Shown here piece after piece: positions 1 to 7,676 of a stretch of DNA of 64,000 nucleotides. The DNA comes from an uncultured Actinomycetota bacterium. GTDB lineage: Bacteria > Actinomycetota > Actinomycetes > JAHEKZ01. The notes under the pieces are model-generated. The model worked only from the letters and a program-made list of their open reading frames with translations. It was not told where the DNA came from and made no database searches. The stretch lies in contig CAVQYR010000002.1 in the NCBI GenBank assembly GCA_963718235.1, forward strand, positions 832,001-896,000, written 5' to 3'. The first letter of the stretch is position 1; each line of letters starts with the position of its first letter. Both the position numbers and the translations under genes were made by a program.

Positions 1-2
1 AG

Positions 3-422
3 CAGGAAGTCGTCGATGCGGTCGCCTCCTTCGCCCGTGAGACCTTCGCGGCGGCGTCGGTGACGGTCAACCACATGGACCACGTGCGCGGCCACTATCG
101 GTCAGTGGTCAACCTCGGTCACCTCGGACCGGGTGAGTCGCTGCACCCGGCCGACGAGACCCACGGGTTCGCCGACTACCCGTGGACCACGATGGCGCTG
201 CTCGCCGGCCGCGGCTACCGCTCCCACCTGTCGGACCCCGACTGCCCGGTGGAGTACCAGCAGCTGCTGCGCAGGCTGGGCAAGCCGGCGTGCCTCGGCG
301 CGCCCATCCGCAGACAGGGAACGGTGATGGGTGAGCTGTGGCTCAGCCGGGACGACCCGTTCGCCGACCGCGACGTCGACCTGCTGACGGCGCTCGGGGC
401 AGCGACCGCCCGCTACCTGTGA
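3..422 (+). CDS. GAF-domain protein (5' end outside the window)
   Basis: Frame open from the window edge; GAF-like C-terminus (CLGAPIRRQGTVMGELWLSRDDPFADRD). Confidence 0.65.
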   Translation, partial: QEVVDAVASFARETFAAASVTVNHMDHVRGHYRSVVNLGHLGPGESLHPADETHGFADYPWTTMALLAGRGYRSHLSDPDCPVEYQQLLRRLGKPACLGAPIRRQGTVMGELWLSRDDPFADRDVDLLTALGAATARYL

Positions 423-514
423 AAGGCCCTGCCGCGGGGGCGGTCAGGGACCTGCGGGGGCCGGCTTCGGTGTCCGGGTCTCGCCGGTGAGGTCGGGTCA
501 GTAGGCTCGTCCTC

Positions 515-1543
515 GTGACGCGATACGGACCCATGTTCGGCCCAGACATCACCTTCCTCGGCGTGCCGCGCTGCACCGTCGACGAGCCGGACACCTACGC
601 CGATGCCGACGTCGTCATCGTCGGGGCGCCCTTCGACGGCGGCACCTCGCACCGACCTGGGACGAGGTTCGGTCCGATGGCCATGCGGGGCACCGACTAC
701 CTCCCCCACGACGGCTCGCGCCCGCACATGGCGATGCGGGTCGATGCGCTCACCGACGACCTGACCGTCGTCGACGCCGGTGACCTCGAGGTGTACTCCG
801 GCGACGTCGTCCGCAGCTGCGCCACGATCGAGCAGGCCGTGAGCACGATCGCCGCAGCCGGCAAGGTGCCCCTCGTCCTGGGTGGTGACCACACGATCAC
901 CTGGCCCGACGTCACCGGTGTGGCGCATGCGTACGGTTTCGGCCGGGTCGCGGTCATCCACTTCGACGCCCACGCCGACACCGGCGACATCGAGTTCGGG
1001 TCGCTGTACGGACACGGTCAGCCGATGCGCAGGCTGATCGAGTCCGGGGCGGCGCGAGGGGACCGGTTCCTGCAGATCGGGTTGCGCGGCTACTGGCCCG
1101 GCCCGGAGACCCTCGACTGGATGGCCGACGAGGGCATGCGGTCGTTCCACATGAGCGAGATCGTCGAGCGCGGTCTCGACGCAGTGCTCGACGAGGCCTT
1201 CTCGATCGCGACCGACGACTGCGACGCGGTGTTCTTGTCCGTGGACATCGACGTCTGCGACCCCGGGCACGCGCCCGGAACCGGCACGCCAGAGCCCGGA
1301 GGGCTCACGGCCCGCCAGCTGCTCGACGCGGTGTCCCGGATCTGCTACGAGCTGCCGGTGGCGGGGATTGACGTGGTCGAGGTCTCCCCGCCGTACGACC
1401 ACGCCGAGATCACCGTGCTGCTCGGCAACCGGGTCGTGCTGGAGTCCTTGGCCGGGCTGGCCCGCCGGGCCCGCGACGCGGAGTCCGGGACCGTGTGGAA
1501 CCGGGCCACGCCCCTGCTGGACGGTCGCGGCACCGCGCGCTGA
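515..1543 (+). CDS. speB: Agmatinase (ureohydrolase family)
   Basis: GGDH, DAHAD and SVDIDVCDPGHAPGTGTP metal-binding motifs; TAGGCT -10 element 7 nt before the GTG. Confidence 0.9.
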   Translation: MTRYGPMFGPDITFLGVPRCTVDEPDTYADADVVIVGAPFDGGTSHRPGTRFGPMAMRGTDYLPHDGSRPHMAMRVDALTDDLTVVDAGDLEVYSGDVVRSCATIEQAVSTIAAAGKVPLVLGGDHTITWPDVTGVAHAYGFGRVAVIHFDAHADTGDIEFGSLYGHGQPMRRLIESGAARGDRFLQIGLRGYWPGPETLDWMADEGMRSFHMSEIVERGLDAVLDEAFSIATDDCDAVFLSVDIDVCDPGHAPGTGTPEPGGLTARQLLDAVSRICYELPVAGIDVVEVSPPYDHAEITVLLGNRVVLESLAGLARRARDAESGTVWNRATPLLDGRGTAR

Positions 1544-1584
1544 GGCCCCCGCGAGGCAGGTCGGCCCCGCGGCTGATCGCACTG

Positions 1585-1599
1585 ATTACTCTGCGTGAC
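1585..1599. promoter_or_regulatory. Candidate BldD-(c-di-GMP) binding box
   Basis: ATTACTCTGCGTGAC matches the consensus NTNACNC(A/T)GNGTNAN at every defined position; intergenic, upstream of a GGDEF-EAL operon. Confidence 0.65.
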
Positions 1600-1731
1600 G
1601 ATGCCTGACCCCTCGTGTCCACCCGTTCGGGCGACCAACTCCGGCCCCCGCGATGGCGACAACTAGTCCCAGGGGGGACCGAGCTACCGGCCGTTCCCAC
1701 CCGTTCGTCGCAACGCAAGGGAAGGGGAGCG

Positions 1732-1836
1732 ATGAAGAAGATCGACAAGGGGACCCTGGTGCGCGGCTCTGCCGCACTCGCAGGTCTCGTCGCCCTGGTC
1801 TCCACGGTCGGAGCCGGGACCAAGTGGATGCACTGA
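1732..1836 (+). CDS. Small signal-peptide-like precursor 1 (34 aa, MKKIDKGTLVRGSAALAGLVALVSTVGAGTKWMH)
   Basis: Purine-rich SD (GAAGGGGAG) before the ATG; paralogous to the next ORF. Confidence 0.8.
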   Translation: MKKIDKGTLVRGSAALAGLVALVSTVGAGTKWMH

Positions 1837-1848
1837 GAGGGGGATGAC

Positions 1849-1953
1849 ATGGAAGACATCAAGACCGCAGTCATCTCTCGGGTCTTGATCAGCGCCGGCA
1901 CGGTCGTGACTCTCGTCTCGGTCGTCGGTGCAGGTCGGAAATGGTGTCACTGA
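1849..1953 (+). CDS. Small signal-peptide-like precursor 2 (34 aa, MEDIKTAVISRVLISAGTVVTLVSVVGAGRKWCH)
   Basis: Translated by hand; SD GAGGGGG at 1837-1843; same length and C-terminal motif as precursor 1; overlaps the start of the next gene. Confidence 0.8.
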   Translation: MEDIKTAVISRVLISAGTVVTLVSVVGAGRKWCH

Positions 1954-4079
1954 CACCACGCCGTGGAGGGGTCGCCGGCTCGCCGGCGGCCCCTCGTCGT
2001 CATGACACGTTGCCGCTCGAGGTCTACATCGCCACGGTGTCGGTCATCGGTGTCTCCCTGCTCGCCCTGACCTGGTGGTTGGTCCCACCTGCCTTGATGT
2101 TCAGCGCCGCGACCTGGACCGATGCCACGTCGCCGGTGACCGTCGTCCTGCTGCTCGGCATCGCGCTCGTGCTCGGTGAGCTGCGCCCGATCCCGATCTC
2201 GCGCGGAGGCGACCTCACCGACTGGATCTCCATCTCGACCACGTTCGCTGTGGCCCTGATCGTCCTGGGGCCGGTCAGTGTCGCCGTCGTCGCGCAGGCC
2301 GCGGCCGTCCTGATCGACGACGTGCGGATGCGCCGCGCGTTCAGCAAGGTGGCGTTCAACGTCGGCCAGTACGTCATCACGATCATCGCGGCCCGGGTGG
2401 TCTACAGCCTGGTCTCGGGCACCCCCTTCGCGGCGCCGGCCACCACCTTCGAACCGACACCGGCAGCACTGCTCGGTGCGATCGCGGCGGGAGCCATGTT
2501 CGTGCTCGTCAACCACGGGCTCGTGTCGACCGTGGTCGCACTCCAGAGCCGGCAGCCGATCCTGGTGATCATGAGCGGTGACATCCGCTTCCAGTCCATG
2601 ACCAACGGGGTCCTGGCGGCGCTCGGTCCCATCGCCGCGGTCGCCGTGCAGCAGCAACCGCTCATGCTGCCCCTCCTCATCGCACCGGTCCTGGCGGTGT
2701 ACCGCAGCGCCGACCTGGCGATCCAGAAGGAGCGACAGGCGCACCACGACACCCTGACCGAGCTGCCGAACCGCGAGCTCTTCCGCGACAAGGCGGAGCG
2801 GGCGCTGGCCGAGTCCCAGCGGTCGGGCGTGCCGCTCGCGGTGATGATGATCGACCTGGACCACTTCAAGGAGATCAACGACACCCTGGGCCACCACATC
2901 GGCGACGACCTGATCCGAGAGGTCGCCACCAGGCTGGACCAGGCGCGTCCCATCGGCTCCACGGTGGCCCGCCTGGGCGGTGACGAGTTCGCCGTCCTGC
3001 TGCCCGACGTACCAGACCTCTCGGTGGCCGAGGAGGTCGCCACGTACATGCTCTCGGTGCTCGGCAAGTCGCTGTCCGCCGGCGGGGTGCGGCTCGTCGT
3101 CCAGGCCAGCATCGGGATCTCGCTGGCGCCCGACCACGGGCACGACGTGCACACCCTGATGAAGAACGCCGACATCGCGTTGTACGAGGCCAAGCGGGAG
3201 CGAGCCAGGTTCTGCGCCTACCAGCCCGACGAGGACGTCCACACGCCGCAGCGGCTCGCGATCCTGGCCGACCTGCGCACCGCCGTGGACGAGGGGCAGC
3301 TCTTCCTGGAGTTCCAGCCCAAGATCGACCTGGCGACCGACACCGTGATGGGTGCGGAGGCCCTGGTGCGGTGGAACCACCCCACGCGGGGCATCATCAG
3401 GCCGGACGACTTCATCCCCCTCGCCGAGAACACCGGGCTGATCACCCCGATCACCTGGTTCGTCATCGAGCGGTCCCTGCAGCAGTGCCGCTACTGGCGT
3501 GACCAGGGCCTGCCCCTCGGGGTGGCGGTGAACCTCTCGGTGCGCCACCTCAGTGACATGAGCCTGCCCGACCGGATCGGCGTCGCCCTCGAACGCTGGG
3601 GTGTGCCGGCGTCGGAGCTCACCGTCGAGGTCACCGAGAGCAGCATCATGACCGACCCCCAGCGCGCGATGGGGGTCATCCGACACCTGCGCCAGGTGGG
3701 GATCGGTGTCGCGATCGACGACTACGGGACCGGCCACGCGTCGTTGACGTACCTCAAGCGTCTCGAGATCGACGAGCTGAAGATCGACAAGTCGTTCATC
3801 ATGCACATGTCCGCCGAGGGCAACGACCCGATCATCGTCCGGTCGACCATCGAGCTGGGGCACAACCTCGGACTCCGGATCGTGGCCGAGGGCGTCGAGG
3901 ACGCCGACACGTTGGGCTGGCTGCGCGAGGTGGGCTGTGACGTCGCCCAGGGCTACCACATGGCCCGACCGATGGCCCCGGAGGCCGTCGAGGAGCTGGC
4001 CCGACGCCGGCTGGGCGAGCCGACGGAGACGCCCGTGCTGTCCAGCGGCGGACGACTGCGCCTGGTGGGAACGGCATGA
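1941..4079 (+). CDS. Membrane-sensor (MASE-like) diguanylate cyclase/phosphodiesterase, GGDEF-EAL
   Basis: ~250-aa multi-TM N-terminus (KVAFNVGQ); DLDHFKEINDTLGH, RLGGDEF, EALVRW, DDYGTG, KIDKSF, AEGVE and QGY intact. Confidence 0.93.
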   Translation: MVSLTPRRGGVAGSPAAPRRHDTLPLEVYIATVSVIGVSLLALTWWLVPPALMFSAATWTDATSPVTVVLLLGIALVLGELRPIPISRGGDLTDWISISTTFAVALIVLGPVSVAVVAQAAAVLIDDVRMRRAFSKVAFNVGQYVITIIAARVVYSLVSGTPFAAPATTFEPTPAALLGAIAAGAMFVLVNHGLVSTVVALQSRQPILVIMSGDIRFQSMTNGVLAALGPIAAVAVQQQPLMLPLLIAPVLAVYRSADLAIQKERQAHHDTLTELPNRELFRDKAERALAESQRSGVPLAVMMIDLDHFKEINDTLGHHIGDDLIREVATRLDQARPIGSTVARLGGDEFAVLLPDVPDLSVAEEVATYMLSVLGKSLSAGGVRLVVQASIGISLAPDHGHDVHTLMKNADIALYEAKRERARFCAYQPDEDVHTPQRLAILADLRTAVDEGQLFLEFQPKIDLATDTVMGAEALVRWNHPTRGIIRPDDFIPLAENTGLITPITWFVIERSLQQCRYWRDQGLPLGVAVNLSVRHLSDMSLPDRIGVALERWGVPASELTVEVTESSIMTDPQRAMGVIRHLRQVGIGVAIDDYGTGHASLTYLKRLEIDELKIDKSFIMHMSAEGNDPIIVRSTIELGHNLGLRIVAEGVEDADTLGWLREVGCDVAQGYHMARPMAPEAVEELARRRLGEPTETPVLSSGGRLRLVGTA

Positions 4080-4089
4080 GGGGGACGAC

Positions 4090-4737
4090 ATGCTGATCCT
4101 CGTGCTGGCGGTTGCGGCTCTCGTGTCGCCCTTCCTGTTCGGTGGCCGGCTGAGTCGGCTGGCGCAGATCCACCTCACTGCCGTGTGGATCCCGGTCGCC
4201 GCGCTGCTGGCTCAGATCGTGATCATCGAGGTCGTTCCGGACGCCTCACGCGTGGTCCTCGAGGCGGTGCACCTGGCCACCTACGTGGCGGCCGGGGTGT
4301 TCGTGGTGCTCAACCGTCGGGTTCCCGGACTCTTGATCATCGCGGTCGGCGCTGCCCTGAACGGGGTGACGATCGCCCTGAACGGCGGAACCCTTCCGGC
4401 CAGTGAGGCCGCCCAGCGACTGGCGGGCATCGAGTCGACCCCCGGTGAGTTCATCAACTCCGCCGCGCTGACCGACCCGGTGCTTCCGATGTTCGGCGAC
4501 ATCTTCGCCTGGCCGGCGCCGCTGCCGCTGGCGAACGTGTTCAGCCTGGGCGATGTGGTCATCGTGTTCGGAGCGTTCTACGGCGCGCAGAAGATCTGCG
4601 GGTCCCGCCTGGTCAAGCCCTGGCAGGAACGGGCAACCGACGAGGCTTCGGCCAGCGGCTCCGACAGCGTTCGCAGCGTGTCGCAGGAGAGCAGTGCGGC
4701 TCCTCACGCTCCAACGGAGTCGACTCCTCTAGTCTGA
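4090..4737 (+). CDS. DUF5317-family membrane protein
   Basis: GGRLSRL...ALNGGTLP...FGDIF...NVFSLGD pattern; SD GAGGGGG; 10 nt after the GGDEF-EAL stop. Confidence 0.8.
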   Translation: MLILVLAVAALVSPFLFGGRLSRLAQIHLTAVWIPVAALLAQIVIIEVVPDASRVVLEAVHLATYVAAGVFVVLNRRVPGLLIIAVGAALNGVTIALNGGTLPASEAAQRLAGIESTPGEFINSAALTDPVLPMFGDIFAWPAPLPLANVFSLGDVVIVFGAFYGAQKICGSRLVKPWQERATDEASASGSDSVRSVSQESSAAPHAPTESTPLV

Positions 4738-4803
4738 CCGGATCGTTGGTCGTCACCTGGGCGGCGGCCAGGCTGCCGGCGTCCCGAAAGGACCCTCAAC
4801 TCC

Positions 4804-6024
4804 ATGCGAATCCTGCTCATCGGAGCCGGCGGCGTCGGCTCGGCCGTGGTTCCGATCGCGGCCCGGCGGTCGTTCTTCGAGACGATGGTGGTCGCCGACT
4901 ACGACCGCGCGCGAGCCGATCGGGCCGTGGCGCAGGTCGGGGACCCGCGGTTCGTGGCCGACCAGGTGGACGCGTCGAACGCCGAGTCCGTGGCGGACCT
5001 CGTCCGTTCGCACCGGATCACCCATGTGCTGAACGCGGTCGACCCGCGCTTCGTGCTGCCGATCTTCAACGGCGCACTCGCCGGAGGTTCCGACTACCTC
5101 GACCTGGCCATGTCGCTCTCCTTCCCGCACGCCGACGACCCCTACCACCAGACGGGGGTGAAGCTGGGTGACGAACAGTTCGCCGCCGCCAAGGAGTGGG
5201 AGCAGCACGGCCGCCTCGCGCTCGTCGGCATCGGCGTCGAGCCCGGGCTGTCCGACGTCTTCGCCCGATACGCGGCCGACGAGCTGTTCAGCGAGATCGA
5301 CGAGGCAGGGGTGCGTGACGGCTCCAATCTCGAGGTCGACGGGTACACGTTCGCGCCGTCCTTCTCGATCTGGACGACGATCGAGGAGTGCCTGAACCCA
5401 CCGGTGATCTGGGAGAAGGGCAGGGGATGGTTCACCACCGCCCCCTTCTCCGAGCCGGAGGTGTTCGACTTCCCCGACGGGATCGGACCGGTGGAGTGCG
5501 TGAACGTCGAGCACGAGGAGGTTCTGCTCATCCCACGATGGGTCGACTGCAAGCGGGCGACCTTCAAGTACGGGCTGGGCGAGGACTTCATCAACGTGCT
5601 GCAGGTGCTGCACAAGCTCGGGCTGGACCGCACCCAACCGCTGGCCGTCGGGTCGGTGGAGGTGAGCCCCCGTGACGTGGTGGCTGCCCTCCTGCCCGAC
5701 CCGGCCTCGCTCGGCGACCGGATGAGAGGCAAGACGTGTGCCGGCACGTGGGTCACCGGAACGGGCAAGGACGGGCGGCCGCGCCAGGTGTACCTGTACC
5801 ACGTCGTCGACAACGAGTGGTCGATGCGGGAGTACGGGTCGCAGGCCGTGGTGTGGCAGACAGCAGTGAACCCGGTGATCGCTCTGGAGCTGTTGTCCAA
5901 CGGGTCATGGTCGGGGGCCGGGGTCCTCGGACCGGAGGCCTTCCCGCCCGTCCCGTTCCTGGACGCCCTGGTCGACTACGGCTCACCGTGGGCGATCCGC
6001 GAGGAGACCCCGGCCGCCGAGTAG
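4804..6024 (+). CDS. Saccharopine dehydrogenase / carboxy(nor)spermidine dehydrogenase family oxidoreductase
   Basis: N-terminal GAGGVG Rossmann motif; GIGVEPGLSDVF and HEEV motifs. Confidence 0.85.
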   Translation: MRILLIGAGGVGSAVVPIAARRSFFETMVVADYDRARADRAVAQVGDPRFVADQVDASNAESVADLVRSHRITHVLNAVDPRFVLPIFNGALAGGSDYLDLAMSLSFPHADDPYHQTGVKLGDEQFAAAKEWEQHGRLALVGIGVEPGLSDVFARYAADELFSEIDEAGVRDGSNLEVDGYTFAPSFSIWTTIEECLNPPVIWEKGRGWFTTAPFSEPEVFDFPDGIGPVECVNVEHEEVLLIPRWVDCKRATFKYGLGEDFINVLQVLHKLGLDRTQPLAVGSVEVSPRDVVAALLPDPASLGDRMRGKTCAGTWVTGTGKDGRPRQVYLYHVVDNEWSMREYGSQAVVWQTAVNPVIALELLSNGSWSGAGVLGPEAFPPVPFLDALVDYGSPWAIREETPAAE

Positions 6025-6035
6025 CCGCGCGGCGG

Positions 6036-7394
6036 TCAGCTGCGGGGAGCCGAGCCCTGGTCAGAGAGCAGGTTGTCCAGGACGGGGCCGAGCACCGAGG
6101 CGATGGCCCGCGCCTTGCGCACCTGCTGGCGGGTCCAGGCCGTCTCCTCGGAGTGCGAGCACTCCAGCAGCCCGACTGCGCGGCCCGCGCTGGCCGCGGG
6201 CACCATCATCAGACTGCGCCAGCCGTGGGTGCCCATCCAGGCGATCTCGGCCGGGTCGGCCTCAGGGGCGCTCGCCAGGACCTGCGCCATCTGCATGCTC
6301 GAGAGCACGGCTCGGCTCGTGGCGTAGTCGGCGAGGGGGTAGCGGACCCCTTCGGGCTTCCATCGACCCGGTTCGACCGCCTCGAGCCACTGGCCGGTCG
6401 GGTCGACGAACGACAGGTCCGCCTGGTCGCAGCCGAGCACGTCGGCGACCATGACCATGAGTCGGGCGAGGGTGTCCAGGTCGGCGGCGTCGGACAGCCG
6501 GCCGATGAGGTGCTCCAGCGTGGGCGTGCCGTTGACCTCGGAACCGCGACCACCCACGGCCATGGCCCGTGCGAACGAGGACTCGCACGTGAGCCGCGCC
6601 GCCTCGCTCGCCTCCTCGAACTGCGCGACCGGCATGCCGATCACCCAGCCCTGCGCCTCGGCGACGTCCAGCTCGGCCAGGACGTAGAGGTCCTCCAGGC
6701 TCTCGACGCCCTCGGCGCACACCGCGGCGCCCACCTGGGCCGCGTAGCGCACGATCGCCTCGACCATGGCGGCCTTTCCGGGCTCGGACTCGACCCCGGT
6801 GACCAGCGAGCGGTCGAGCTTGAGCAGGTCGGGCGAGAGCGCCATGACGCGCTGGAGCCCCGCGTACCCCTCGCCGACGTCGTCGACGGCGATCCGGGCA
6901 CCGCGCCCGCGAAGGGCCTCCAGCACGAGGTGGACCCGGTCGGGGTCTTCGACCGCCTCAGTCTCGGTGATCTCGAACTGCAGCCCGGTGAGGTCGAACG
7001 GCAAGACGTTCTGCAACTCGTTGGAGCCGAGGACCGAGGGGCTGACGTTGACCGACAGGAGCACGCCGTCGGGTCGGTTCGCGCCGAGCTGGAGTGCTCG
7101 GTCGACGGCTCGCGCCTCGAGCATGGGTCCGAGCCCGACGCTGTGCGCCATGGTGAACCAACGGTCAGGGGTGAGCGAGGGGCCGCCATGGGTGAACCGG
7201 GCCAGCGCCTCGTAGGACAGGACCCGCCCGGTCGCCAGGCCGAGGATGGGTTGGACGACGATGCTCGGCGAACCGGCGTGCAGGGCCGTGACGACCAGCG
7301 AACGCACCTCGTCGCTGCCCAGGTCGACCGCCGGGTTCGAAGGGGGAGGTGTGGGCAGCGAGGAGCCGGACGTGCTCGTCGTGGTCATCGACAT
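6036..7394 (-). CDS. EAL-GAF c-di-GMP phosphodiesterase
   Basis: YEALARF, SVNVSP, FEITE, VDDVGEGY, KLDRS, AEGVE and QGW motifs; C-terminal GAF-like domain; start chosen by SD (GAGGA). Confidence 0.85.
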   Translation of the reverse strand: MSMTTTSTSGSSLPTPPPSNPAVDLGSDEVRSLVVTALHAGSPSIVVQPILGLATGRVLSYEALARFTHGGPSLTPDRWFTMAHSVGLGPMLEARAVDRALQLGANRPDGVLLSVNVSPSVLGSNELQNVLPFDLTGLQFEITETEAVEDPDRVHLVLEALRGRGARIAVDDVGEGYAGLQRVMALSPDLLKLDRSLVTGVESEPGKAAMVEAIVRYAAQVGAAVCAEGVESLEDLYVLAELDVAEAQGWVIGMPVAQFEEASEAARLTCESSFARAMAVGGRGSEVNGTPTLEHLIGRLSDAADLDTLARLMVMVADVLGCDQADLSFVDPTGQWLEAVEPGRWKPEGVRYPLADYATSRAVLSSMQMAQVLASAPEADPAEIAWMGTHGWRSLMMVPAASAGRAVGLLECSHSEETAWTRQQVRKARAIASVLGPVLDNLLSDQGSAPRS

Positions 7395-7676
7395 CCGCTC
7401 GTCCTCACCCCTCACTGCGCTGGTCTCTGCTCACGCTCTGCCCGGCCCGTGTGCAGCGCCGAGCGCTGACCCGGTCCGGATGCGGAGGTGAGGGCCCCGC
7501 GGGACCCTCATGGGCCTTGGAGTCGGCAGGTGCACGGCCGCGATGTAGCGCCCGACGGGGGAGTGTGCCAGAGGTTACGCCGATCGGGTGAGGCCCGCAC
7601 GACCCTGGACAGGAGCGGTGCCGGGCCCTACCGTGGCGTCGCCCTGCGCCGGACGGCGCGGCGAACGGAGGCAGTG

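Noticed and set aside
1544-1731. c-di-GMP or other riboswitch in the peptide operon leader
   Set aside because: I could not identify the conserved c-di-GMP-I/II or ydaO core sequences; an Infernal/Rfam scan would be needed to exclude one.
1615-1836. 73-aa version of peptide 1 given in the ORF track
   Set aside because: The strong SD and the equal-length paralogue support the ATG at 1732.
1732-1953. Peptides as lanthipeptide/lasso-type RiPP precursors or lipoproteins
   Set aside because: No modifying enzymes nearby, no Ser/Thr/Cys-rich core, and no lipobox Cys after the hydrophobic stretch.
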